Part shown: positions 29,909 through 40,563 of the stretch, piece after piece | Layout of the letters: each line of letters begins with the position of its first letter | Numbering within the stretch: position 1 is the first letter of the stretch | From: an uncultured archaeon | Lineage (GTDB): Bacteria > Pseudomonadota > Alphaproteobacteria > Rhizobiales > Xanthobacteraceae | Assembly: GCA_963807355.1 (NCBI GenBank) | Contig: CAWEBX010000023.1 | Span: 16,719 to 80,718, forward strand | Direction: 5' to 3' | Length of the DNA: 64,000 bases | Made by a program: the position numbers and the translations under genes | The notes under the pieces: model-generated | Database searches by the model: none | What the model saw: only the letters and a program-made list of their open reading frames with translations | What the model was told of the DNA's origin: nothing

Positions 29909-31495
29909 TCACCCCAGGACAGTTGCGGTGTGGTGCAAATCAATTCCGACGATGCTGAGCGTTGAGCTATCCGCCGCTTGTTCAAAAGCCTGCATAGGGC
30001 CGCTCAGTTCCGGAGGGTTTGCGGTCCCATCACCCGGCAGAGCGGCGTAGTTCACCTGAGCGCCCGGCACGCCCGTCGACGTGACCTCGGGCTGTGGATT
30101 TAGCATCGACGCCTGAATTGTCACCTCGGGCTGTAGACCCTGCACCGGCACCTGAATCGTGACCTCAGGCTGGGGATACACCGAACGTGACCTCGGGGAT
30201 CCGCCACGGGTCGTGACCTCGGGCTGTGGATCCGCCACCGGCGCCTGAATCGTGACCTCAGGCTGTGGATGCAACATCGACGCCAGGGTCGTGACCTCAG
30301 GCTGTGGATCCAACACCGACGCCTGGATCGTGACCTCGGGCTGTAGATCCGACACCGGCGCCTGGGTCGCGCTAGTCGCTTGAAGGTTCAAAGGATGAAT
30401 GGTGTCTTCCACATGCGAGGTGCTCGGCAGAGTATCAGGCTTGATGGTCGTATCCGAATTTGCAATCGCCGGCGCCGTCGAAACACGCTGAGAAGCAGAA
30501 TGGTCCGGCGTCGGACTTGATGGGGCGGAGGAACTGACAGGCTTATTGGGGACGGTTCGTTCAACCTGTTCGTTGGCGACAATCGAGAAGTCGTCGCCCT
30601 GCTGCGGACGAAAATCGGCCAGCTTCGAAGCGAGGCAATTCTCCGCACGGAATACGTCATGCGCGGAAAAGGCAGCCGCATTGTCCTGATGAGATAACTC
30701 AGGATGGAGACCCGACGGGTTGGCCACCAGGCCGGCAAGCGCCCGCTCGTTGACGTCGTGAAGGGCGTCCTGCCCATCTAGATTGAACGCAGCCGTCAAG
30801 ACGGACCGATCATCCGTGCCGTGAAAGGCGTGAATATTTTGCAGCTGGCTGTCGCTTGCGACAGCTGGCTCGATATATGCACCGTGCTCGCTGTGAGCCG
30901 ATCGTGCATGATCGAATGACGCGAGGTCATCAGACGGCTTGCTAACCGAACTGTCTATCGCAAGCCTGTCCCAAACTGAGGCGATTACGATTGCTGAATA
31001 TGTCGCCGCGAGATCGTGACGATCGAGAAACCACCCGAACGGCTTTGCCGGGCGGCCGCCGTCGTCGGCAGTCGCACTCAGTTCACTGCCCTTGACGTAG
31101 CCCGTGACCACCAAGGCCGCCAACATTGTGGCGGGATGCAAAAACACAGTCGATCCCGACGAGTTCTGCTTTGGCAAAAAGTGCGGGTAGGAATCGAGCA
31201 ACTCCCGCACTAGAGCCTGGAAGTTTCGGCCGCGAGCCACGGCTTCGGTGAAATTTGAAGCGATGACGTACTCGCCGCCGATGCGAGCAAAGTGAACGAT
31301 CACCTCTTCGTTGTCTTGCCGGAAGAAAATAAACCAGGGCTCGCCCTCGTCAGTGAGCCCGCGGTCTGTTGAAATCCCAACTCCGGATTTTGTTAGGGCA
31401 TCTTCTACCCTGTAGAATTCCGCCAGCTCTCGCTGACTCCAATCGCCTCGCTCGCGAGCCTGAAAGAAGGAAAGAACCTGACTACTTTGCAACAT
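29909..31495 (-). CDS. hypothetical protein: globular N-terminus, low-complexity linker, 13-aa QPEVT repeats
   Basis: 528-aa ORF; DWSQRELAEFYRVE...GLTDEGEPWFIF...VHFARIGG then repeats. Confidence 0.75.
   Translation of the reverse strand: MLQSSQVLSFFQARERGDWSQRELAEFYRVEDALTKSGVGISTDRGLTDEGEPWFIFFRQDNEEVIVHFARIGGEYVIASNFTEAVARGRNFQALVRELLDSYPHFLPKQNSSGSTVFLHPATMLAALVVTGYVKGSELSATADDGGRPAKPFGWFLDRHDLAATYSAIVIASVWDRLAIDSSVSKPSDDLASFDHARSAHSEHGAYIEPAVASDSQLQNIHAFHGTDDRSVLTAAFNLDGQDALHDVNERALAGLVANPSGLHPELSHQDNAAAFSAHDVFRAENCLASKLADFRPQQGDDFSIVANEQVERTVPNKPVSSSAPSSPTPDHSASQRVSTAPAIANSDTTIKPDTLPSTSHVEDTIHPLNLQATSATQAPVSDLQPEVTIQASVLDPQPEVTTLASMLHPQPEVTIQAPVADPQPEVTTRGGSPRSRSVYPQPEVTIQVPVQGLQPEVTIQASMLNPQPEVTSTGVPGAQVNYAALPGDGTANPPELSGPMQAFEQAADSSTLSIVGIDLHHTATVLG
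30081..30365 (-). repeat. coding 39-bp tandem repeat, 8 copies, two collapsed
   Basis: GT(G/C)ACCTC at 30081, 30120, 30159, 30187, 30213, 30252, 30291, 30330. Confidence 0.9.
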
Positions 31496-31612
31496 GAAAG
31501 CACTCTATCCAATGGTGAACTTTCTAGGTGACAGCAGCCGCTTATGGTCAACGCGACCAAGCCCCTGCCCAGATTCCCCACACCGGAAAGTAAATCGATC
31601 GAAAGTGTTCCC

Positions 31613-31924
31613 TTAGTTTTGAGGGTTGTTCTTTCCGAACAAGATCGAATAGGTGACTGGATCATAGCTCCTTAGGAGATTTCTGACGAAAAACTTCGGC
31701 TCCACGCCCAAAACGTCTGCCCATACCAAATATCGATCGGGGGGTATCCGGCCGCGACCTGACTCCAATTGCGAAATGAAGGTGTAATAATTCCCCCCTA
31801 CCTTCTCAGCCATCTGGCGCTGCGACAACCCCCGCTTTTCCCTCAGCTCTTTGAGCCAGAGACCTGCTTCTTTACGCAACTCGACAACCTCTGACGATAA
31901 AATGTGCTGCTGGTTTGAATACAT
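31613..31924 (-). CDS. XRE-family HTH regulator
   Basis: LKELREKRGLSQRQMAEKVGGNYYTFISQLESGRGRIP; start taken at MYSNQQ. Confidence 0.9.
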   Translation of the reverse strand: MYSNQQHILSSEVVELRKEAGLWLKELREKRGLSQRQMAEKVGGNYYTFISQLESGRGRIPPDRYLVWADVLGVEPKFFVRNLLRSYDPVTYSILFGKNNPQN

Positions 31925-32089
31925 CACTCCACCAAGAAAATACCCCGAATTACTGCGGGGCACCAAACCGTGTATAGTGTTTTTGCTACCAATTGTAAAT
32001 TTCATCCCGCCCGAATTTCTCTGCGTGAGAATACCGATGTGAAAAGCGAAGATCTGTCCGCCCAGGTTGTGCAGTTTGATTTCAATTAT

Positions 32090-32760
32090 GAGGAATAAGA
32101 CCAACCGCCTTGATCAGATCGCCAGTGGCAAACTCTGTCCAGGCCGCAAGCCGGGCGTCCGAAGCCGCTCGAAAGACGTTGTTGATCAGCACGCAAACGC
32201 TGCAACAACGACAGCGCGTAAGTCGCAGCCGGCAGGCCACGCTTTCCCTCGGCATGTTGGCGGATGGCATAGCTGTCATAACCCTTATCGCCGTGCAGGA
32301 TAGCAGGCTATCGGCCGATCGCGCGGCCGGCGGACCCTGAACATCCATGCTCTGAACGACGCCGAGTGTCGTCCCGTCGCGTTCTTGCTGATGGGGGCCA
32401 GATAGCCGATTGCGCGTCTGGATGGTTCTGCTCTTTGCCGTCAGATGGGCATCGATGCGCCTTCACGGCCGAGCTATCGATTAGGTCCTGCGCAGGAGGT
32501 CCGCCGGCCGACGCGCGTGCCCGGAATATGGCTACCCATACGCCCCTTTCTGCCCAGCGGATGAAGCGATCGGAGAGTGTTATTGCATGCACCATAGACC
32601 TCCGGCGCATCGATCCAGCGCCCACCGAACTTCATCACCCGGTGATGCCGCTGATGGCCGACGATCATCGACCAGTGGCTTGCCGCGCGTATCGTTAGGC
32701 AGAAGCGGCTTGACCCGAGCGAACTGAGCTTCGGAGAACGTGAATCACAAACAAGAACCA
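32090..32760 (-). mobile_element. degraded IS5-family transposase
   Basis: GGRWIDAPEVYG, RWAERGVW, LIDSSAVKAHR and HGDKGYD in mixed frames; related to the 25.1-25.7 kb copy. Confidence 0.8.
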
Positions 32761-33154
32761 GCGTCACAAGTGACAGCCACTCTCGTTCGCCCGCTGACTC
32801 TGCGCATTTGCGCACCACGGCAACAGCAGCCTCGGGAAGTACGAGCCTTGATCACATCGGTTCTGGCTCTGAATGAGGGCGAAAAGGGCTCCAGAGATTC
32901 CGCTTGCGTCGATGGTTAAATTGAGTATTAATTCCACTGTACACCTGAACGGGGTATTGCGTACCGTTCTTAGTGTCGGCGCTCCGTTCCGGAGCGGGTC
33001 TCGGCTGTTACCCGTTCCGGATCGCATGGCGCTGATTCTGGCTTGTACCTATGGGCATGGCACTGTTACCAGCTCGACACATCGAGGCCAGCAGGAGCAA
33101 CCAACACTATGGCGCCTTCCGAAATCTATATTGATTGTTGCGAGGAGTTCTCTG

Positions 33155-33315
33155 TGAGTAATTGTAGTCAAAGTTTTTCTGCTGAGGCTTCGCTACGAAG
33201 CGTTCACGAGATGGCCGAACGTCTTACTGAACTTCACGATCTTCGAAGGCAAGTGCGGAAGGCCGAAGTGAGAGCGCGTGCCAGACGATGGCACAAATCA
33301 TCCGCGCGCCTCTAA
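33155..33315 (+). CDS. small hypothetical protein
   Basis: RLTELHDLRRQVRKAE helical small-protein pattern; start uncertain. Confidence 0.35.
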
Positions 33316-34177
33316 GGCGGGGCTTTTGTAAGAACTCTTTCGGCTGCCACCATCGGAGCGCGCCGCCTGGACCGCCAAGTAACTTTAAATTTTGACGGTC
33401 AGGAACGGCCCCCCTGGTAGATCGCATAGATATCGCGCCGGCGTTCCGCAGGATCCGGCGCGGTCATGCTGGATCCGGCATGAGCTTCGGCAGCGCCCGG
33501 CTCCTAAGATTTCCTTAGGGAAGTAATAAAGGGACAGCCGTTTCCTGATCCTCCTTTGCCACCAAACGTAGTTCGCTCGCAGCCGTCGCTCGATATAGAG
33601 CACGAAAGCGCAGCGGAAGCTTACTTGTGGAGTTCAGGATAAACGGTACAGCAGATTTTCCACGATGATAAATACGGTATCTCCGCTCAAGGTAATGCTT
33701 ACAAGGTACTATTCAAGAGAAGCGTGGAGGTGAGCGCTATTTCACGCAAGGTTACCTCTCCGACGGTCCGACTATCCTCTGGGTAATACCTCACGGGAAT
33801 GCGATTGATGGCGTCTGCCATCATCGCAATGCTGATGTGTCTGTAAGTAGCCGCCCCGCCCTTCAGCGTGTGGCCCTGGATGACATCAACTCGGCAATTG
33901 TTGGTGAGATTGATAGCGTCCACGACGCACCACCCTGCCCGGCAGTCTTAAGACATGCCGATGCTGACGCCGCTCAGTGCGGCAGCCTTGGGAAACGGGG
34001 GTGCGGGGATGACACGACGCCGCCAGCGCGGTGAGCCAATGCCGAAAATTACCCATTGCAAACAATTCTGACGTTTTAGGTTGGTGAGCCAGCCTAAGCC
34101 GTTGATGCATGCCGGATTGTTCGTTCTGCCGGGATCGCCAAAAACCGGCGCAGTAAACACCAGGTTATTTTCACTCG

Positions 34178-34670
34178 CTAGAACGGAATGTCGTCGTCCA
34201 TGTCGCTGCGGTGGCTACCGGCGGCCGCGGCGCGGCGCGGCGCTCCGCCTGGACGGACTTCCGGACCCAAAGTCGCCGCCGGAATCGTCAGATCCGAAGT
34301 TGCCGCCACCGCCGCTGTTGCGGCCATCGAGCATTGTCAGAGTCGAATTGAAATTCTGTAGCACCACTTCGGTGGAGTATTTTTCGACACCGCTTTGGTC
34401 GGTCCATTTTCGGGTCTGCAACTGACCCTCGATGTAGACCTTCGAGCCTTTCTTCAGATACTGCTCAACAACCTTGCAGAGGCCTTCGTTGAAAATCACG
34501 ACGCGATGCCACTCTGTCTTCTCCTTGCGCTCGCCGCTGGTCCTGTCGCGCCAAGTTTCAGAGGTTGCGATCCGCAGGTTGGCGATCGGCCGTCCGTCCT
34601 GGGTCCGCTTGATTTCCGGGTCGGCGCCGAGATTGCCGATCAGAATAACCTTGTTCACGCTACCCGCCAT
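34178..34670 (-). CDS. ssb: single-stranded DNA-binding protein (frameshift near 3' end)
   Basis: [37 protein letters not shown]; DMDDDIPF-stop in a shifted frame. Confidence 0.97.
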
Positions 34671-34849
34671 CGCCGTTCTCCAATGTCCCCAATCCCCGAT
34701 TGCTAGCCAAAACCGGTGCTAACCCAACGGGCGTTGCCGCTTCAAAATCCACTTCATCGAGCCGTGACGGCCTTCAAGCAGCCTATACTCCCCCTCGCCG
34801 CGCCGAGAGGCTAATCGCCGGGTTATCCACGGATCGAGTATGATACAAT

Positions 34850-34864
34850 GTTCTTTATTTGTTC
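34850..34864. promoter_or_regulatory. LexA box upstream of ssb
   Basis: GTTC-TTTATTT-GTTC. Confidence 0.8.
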
Positions 34865-35066
34865 TCAACAATAAAACCGAGTCCATGCAGACCTCTCGCC
34901 GAGATACCCCGCGCCCGCGTCGGGACAAACAATTTGACCTAGAGTGTTGCATTTGAGAGACGGCAATTTGCTGCGTCGGAAGGTATAATTAATTCACGAA
35001 TTTCGGGGTAACTACCAACGCTCGCGCTTTAGTTGTTGAAACTAAAGCAAAAATCCGGGGATTGAA

Positions 35067-35830
35067 ATGAACAAGTTTCTGATCGGGGCCGTCGGTGCTC
35101 TCGCCATTGGCCTTGGTGCCGCACCCGCCACTGCGGCCGACCTTGCCCCGCGTCCTTATACGAAGGCCCCTCCGATGATGGCTGCGATTTACGACTGGAG
35201 CGGCTTCTACATCGGCGCGAACGGCGGCTGGGGATCGAGCAGGAATTGTTGGAACTCTGACGACTCCAATTGTGGCTAACGAAGGTTGCCATGACGCGAA
35301 CCGGCGGCACGGCCGGTGGCCAGATCGGCTATCGCTGGCAGTCCACCAATTGGGTGTTCGGCCTTGAAGCTCAGGGCAACTGGGCCGATATCAGTGGCCG
35401 CCGTATCAGCCTCGCCTTCCCCGCTCTCACCAACGACAGCCATCTGGGTGCGTTCGGCCTGTTCACCGGCCAGATCGGGTACGCTTGGGATGCCACCTTA
35501 CTTTACGTGAAGGGCGGCGCCGCCGTGACCTCTAACCGATACCGCAGCCTTAGTACCCTGACCGGCGTTCAGGTGACCAACAACGTCAACGACACCGACT
35601 GGGGCGCTGCGGTCGGCGTCGGCCTCGAATATGGGTTCGCGCCAAACTGGTCGCTCGGATTCGAGTACGATCACATCTTTATGGGCAACAGCAGCCACAC
35701 GTTCCTTAACAACGGAGTGAACTTTGCCGCCGGTGCGTTCTTCGGAACCAACAATATCAGCCAGGACGTGGATCTCGTCACGGCGCGCATCAATTACCGC
35801 TGGGGTGGCCCAGCCATTGCACGGTACTGA
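35067..35830 (+). CDS. outer membrane beta-barrel protein, Omp25/RopB-like (frameshift near 35280)
   Basis: signal peptide, AADLAPRPYTKAPP, YDWSGFYIG, GGQIGYRWQ, GLEYGFAPNWS, ARINYRWG. Confidence 0.92.
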
Positions 35831-35862
35831 TCGCATCTGATCCGACGTTCTTCGAAAACTTG

Positions 35863-35888
35863 AAAGGCCGGCTTTTGCCGGCCTTTTT
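35863..35888 (+). terminator. intrinsic terminator
   Basis: AAAGGCCGGC-TTTT-GCCGGCCTTTTT. Confidence 0.85.
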
Positions 35889-36002
35889 GTTTGAGCTACG
35901 GGTCGCAGGCAACTCCCCCCAACGGGCAGTATGCTGATACCCCGTTCTGCTCCCCCGACGAAATCGGGGATGATCGCTGACGCCCTCTGGAAATCGCCCG
36001 CT

Positions 36003-36017
36003 GTTCTATCTACGTTC
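36003..36017 (+). promoter_or_regulatory. LexA box upstream of uvrA
   Basis: GTTC-TATCTAC-GTTC. Confidence 0.85.
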
Positions 36018-36108
36018 CACAGACTGCCACAAATGGCGCCACTCCGGGGATTCCGCCGGCGGGGCGCGCCCAAACGCGGTGCGACTTCTGCACCCGGAAA
36101 AGCCTGTC

Positions 36109-39088
36109 ATGGACGAAGTCATCAAGGCGAAGCGGCAACAATTGAGTTCCGCGACGTCGCGCCATCACGATTCGCGGCGCTCGCGAACACAACCTCAAGA
36201 ATGTCGATCTGGAAATCCCACGTGACAAGCTCGTGGTGTTCACCGGCCTCTCCGGCTCTGGCAAGTCCTCGCTGGCGTTCGACACCATCTATGCCGAGGG
36301 TCAGCGCCGCTATGTCGAGTCCCTGTCGGCTTACGCGCGTCAGTTTCTGGAGATGATGCAGAAGCCCGACGTCGATCAGATCGACGGGCTGTCGCCGGCG
36401 ATCTCCATCGAGCAGAAAACGACTTCCAAGAATCCGCGCTCGACCGTGGGGACCGTGACCGAGATCTACGATTACATGCGGCTATTGTGGGCGCGCGTCG
36501 GCGTGCCCTATTCGCCCGCAACCGGCCTGCCGATCGAAAGCCAGACGGTGTCGCAGATGGTCGACCGGGTATTGGCGCTGCCCGATGGCACGCGGCTCTA
36601 TCTGCTGGCGCCGGTCGTTCGCGGCCGAAAGGGCGAGTATCGAAAAGAACTGGCAGAGTATCTCAAAAAGGGTTTTCAGCGCGTCAAGATCGACGGCGCT
36701 TTTTACGAACTCGCCGATGCTCCCACTCTGGATAAGAAATTTCCGCACGACATCGACGTGGTAGTCGACCGCATCGTTGTAAGGCCGGACCTGGGCCAGC
36801 GGCTGGCTGAAGTTATTCGAGACTGCCTTGAAGCTCGCAGAGGGGCTGGCGGTGATCGAATATGCGGACGCGCCTCCTTCACCTCTCGCCGGAGAGCGGC
36901 GAAAAGAAGAAAATCGCGAAGATCCACGACAAGAGCGGTCCTGAACGCATCCTGTTCTCGGAAAAGTTCGCGTGCCCCGTGTCCGGCTTCACACTCCCTG
37001 AGATCGAACCGCGGCTGTTCTCGTTCAACAATCCCTACGGCGCCTGCCCGAAATGCGGTGGTCTCGGTATCGAGCAGCACGTCGATGAAGATCTCGTCAT
37101 TCCCGAACAGGGAATTGACGCTGCGCAAAGGCGCGATCGCACCGTGGGCAAAATCGTCGTCACCATATTACTTGCAGACCCTCACCGCGCTCGGCAAATT
37201 TTACAAATTCGCTCTGGATACCAAATGGAAGGACTTGCCGAAGAAGACGCAGGCCGCGCTTTTGCATGGCTCTGGCGACAGTGAGATCAAGTTCTCCTAT
37301 GAAGACGGCGTGCGCTCCTACGAAACCAGGAAGCCATTCGAAGGCATCATCCCCAACATCGATCGTCGTTATCGCGAAACCGAAAGCGAATGGGCGCGCG
37401 AGGAGCTTGGAAAATATTTCTCCGACGTGCCGTGCGATTCCTGCAAGGGCTATCGGCTCAAGCAGGAGGCACTGTGCGTCAAAATCGGGGGCAAGCACAT
37501 CGGCGAGATCAGCGAACTGTCTGTTCGTCTTGCCGGCGAATGGTTCGAGACCGTTCCGACAATGCTCTCGGCGCAGCAGAACGAAATTGCCGGCCGCGTA
37601 CTCAAGGAGATCCGCGAGCGACTGTCGTTTCTGCTCGACGTTGGCCTTAGTTATCTCACGCTGTCACGCGCTTCCGGCACGCTGTCCGGCGGCGAGAGCC
37701 AGCGCATTCGGCTTGCTTCGCAGATCGGTTCAGGCCTGACCGGCGTACTGTATGTGCTGGACGAGCCTTCCATCGGCTTGCACCAGCGCGACAACGCCCG
37801 CTTGCTTGAAACTCTGAAGCGACTACGAAATCTCGGCAATACGGTGATCGTCGTAGAGCACGATGAGGATGCCATCCGCCTCGCCGACCATGTGCTCGAT
37901 ATTGGACCCGGCGCCGGCGTTCACGGCGGCCATATCGTCGCGCAGGGCACGCCGGCCGATATCATGCGCAACCCGAAGTCGCTGACCGGCAAGTATCTCA
38001 CCGGCGAACTGGCAGTCGAGGTGCCGGATCGGCGGCCGCCCAACCATCGCCGCACCATCAAGGTGGTCAATGCGCGCGGCAACAACCTCAAGAACGTCAC
38101 CGCGGAAGTTCCGCTCGGTCTGTTCACCTGCATCACGGGTGTTTCCGGTGGCGGGAAGTCGACACTGCTGATCGACACGCTTTACAAGGCGATCGCGCGG
38201 AAGCTGAACAATGCGAGCGATCCCCCCGCGCCCCACGACCGCATCGAGGGTCTGGAGCACATCGACAAGATCATCGACATCGACCAGTCGCCAATCGGGC
38301 GCACACCGCGCTCGAATCCTGCGACCTACACCGGCGCCTTTACGCCGATCCGTGAGTGGTTCGCCGGCCTGCCGGAAGCCAAGGCTCGCGGTTATGCGCC
38401 AGGCCGCTTCTCCTTCAACGTCAAAGGTGGGCGCTGCGAGGCCTGCCAGGGCGATGGAGTCATCAAGATCGAGATGCACTTCCTCCCCGATGTTTACGTC
38501 ACCTGCGACACCTGCAAGGGCAAGCGCTACAATCGCGAGACGCTCGAGGTGGTATTTAAAGGCAAGTCGATTTCCGACGTGCTCGACATGACGGTCGAGG
38601 AAGCGGCCGAATTTTTCAAGGCGGTACCGCGCGTGCGAGAAACCTTCAAGACGCTGCATCGCGTCGGCCTCGACTACATTCATGTGGGGCAACAGGCCAC
38701 CACGTTGTCTGGCGGCGAGGCGCAGCGCGTCAAACTCGCCAAGGAACTGTCGAAACGCGCGACCGGCCGCACACTCTACATTCTGGACGAGCCGACAACC
38801 GGCCTGCACTTCCATGACGTAAAGAAGCTTCTTGAAGTGCTGCACGAGCTGGTCGCGCAGGGCAATACAGTTGTGGTGATCGAACACAATCTTGAAGTCA
38901 TCAAGACCGCGGATTGGGTGATCGACCTTGGCCCCGATGGTGGGGACGGTGGCGGTGAGATCGTTGCCTGGGGACCACCGGAAGACATTGTGAAAGCGCC
39001 GCGCAGTCATACCGGAAATTTTTTGAAGCCGGTGCTGAAGAAGGCAGGAAAGCCGAAGCGACATAACGCGAGCGAAGCGGCCGAATGA
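36109..39088 (+). CDS. uvrA: excinuclease ABC subunit A (several compensating frameshifts)
   Basis: [53 protein letters not shown], Zn-finger Cys pairs. Confidence 0.97.
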
Positions 39089-39238
39089 CGCAGAGACGCA
39101 AACTTGTGAACGATAAACTCATCTATAAGGATTTATTCTTATAGGCTTGATCTGAAACGATATTTTTTCAGCCAGTTTTTGTTGATGACCTGGATGCGCG
39201 GATCTCCAGAGATGGAACATTTCCAAAAGCCCCGTTGC

Positions 39239-39263
39239 GGAACTCGCCACCTATCGCCACGTT
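39239..39263 (+). promoter_or_regulatory. possible EcfG-type promoter for the BA14K gene
   Basis: GGAAC-N17-GTT; a second GGAAC-N15-GTT at 39214-39236. Confidence 0.5.
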
Positions 39264-39313
39264 TTGTTCGTGAGCGAAAGCCTAAATTCGAAATCCGACA
39301 TGGAGTTGCGAAC

Positions 39314-39840
39314 ATGTTTAGTTTCAAACCAGTACTGGTGGCGGCCGTCATGGCGGTTGCAGCACCGCTGGCCATTGCGTCGCCAAGCTATGCACAAGGA
39401 TTGGGAACAAAGGCTCAAGGATTCGCCGGTGGCGGCGGACACATTGGTATGGGCGCCGACACATGGGCGGTGGCGGCTGGCGCGGCGGGCATCACATGGG
39501 CATGGGTGGAGGCTGGCGAGGCGGCGGTATTGGCTGGGCCGGCCGCGGGTGGCGTGGAGGTTGGGGTGGCGGGTTTTATCCCGGCTTTATTGGTGGCGGC
39601 TTGCTGGGCGGCCCGTGGGGTTGGGGCGGTGGTTGGGGATCGCCTTATTACTCGTACTCTTCCCCCTACTACGGCTCCCCGTACTACGGCGATGACGATT
39701 ATTACGATGATGGTCCCGCCACCGTCCAAAGCAACGGCAATGGCAGGGATGCCTCCTACTGCCAGCAGCGGTTCAAATCATACGATGTGCGTTCCGGAAC
39801 CTATTTGGGCCACGACGGCAAACGCCATCGCTGTCCGTAA
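39314..39840 (+). CDS. BA14K-family glycine-rich secreted protein (frameshift near 39450)
   Basis: signal peptide, Gly/Trp-rich segment, YCQQRFKSYDVRSGTYLGHDGKRHRCP. Confidence 0.92.
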
Positions 39841-39869
39841 CTAGCTTGCCCCCTTTATGGGCCTCATCC

Positions 39870-39898
39870 AGGAGCGGTGCCAAGCACCGCTCCTTTTT
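39870..39898 (+). terminator. intrinsic terminator
   Basis: AGGAGCGGTGC-CAA-GCACCGCTCCT followed by T-run. Confidence 0.85.
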
Positions 39899-40162
39899 CT
39901 CTCTATCTTCTCCGCTTTTTATCTTCTCCGCTTTGCCGCTCCCGGCACGCCGTAGCTATTTATCCGCTGAACAGTTGGTCGCGCGTAGCGAGTCGCACCT
40001 CTGAAGCAATCCCTCGCGTGCAATAAATAGCTGTCTTGTGAACAACGGGCGAAATTCGTCGGTGGGACGACATCAAAGACTTTTTCGTTTCGGAATCCGT
40101 GAACACTCACCGATACTTGAAGTCATCCAAGGCGCGATTCGACCCTTGGTTTTCCCATCTTT

Positions 40163-40209
40163 CCACCATATTTAGTATTTGATTCAAGAATCTGCACTAG
40201 TCCTTGACG
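40163..40209 (+). promoter_or_regulatory. tandem NrdR boxes upstream of nrdJ
   Basis: CCACCATATTTAGTAT and weaker GCACTAGTCCTTGACG, starts 31 bp apart. Confidence 0.6.
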
Positions 40210-40563
40210 TGCGCAAGGGAGTCGTCCTAGCTTAGATTTCGGTTGGCGCGAGTATGTTTCGGGTTCCGCCGGTCGCTCCTGAAAGGTTCCAGAATGGGCA
40301 CTTCGTCCGCCGGTTGGGGCAGCGGAGCGTGGACGTGTCTGCTCTGAGCCAAGGTATCAGGAACACCAAAAACCAGATCGAAACTGGCGCAAATGGGGAT
40401 GTGAGGCGTTGAGTCCGAGATAGCACGGGCCGCAGGTCCTCTGGTCGGAATCGGGCTTCCAAACAGGGCCGGAACCACTGGCCGAACTGCGGGCGCAAGA
40501 GTCCGCGAATGGAAATCGCCAACGCCGCCGAAGCGGTGACGGACAGTTACGGGGCACGAAACA

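Noticed and set aside
30081-30365. 39-bp periodic repeat as a CRISPR array
   Set aside because: Period is a multiple of 3, the variable parts are related to each other, and it encodes QPEVT repeats in an open frame.
39420-39640. GGC/TGG-rich stretch as a non-coding repeat
   Set aside because: Encodes the Gly/Trp-rich region of the BA14K protein.
40210-40563. Cobalamin riboswitch before nrdJ
   Set aside because: I could not find the B12-box or its conserved core motifs.
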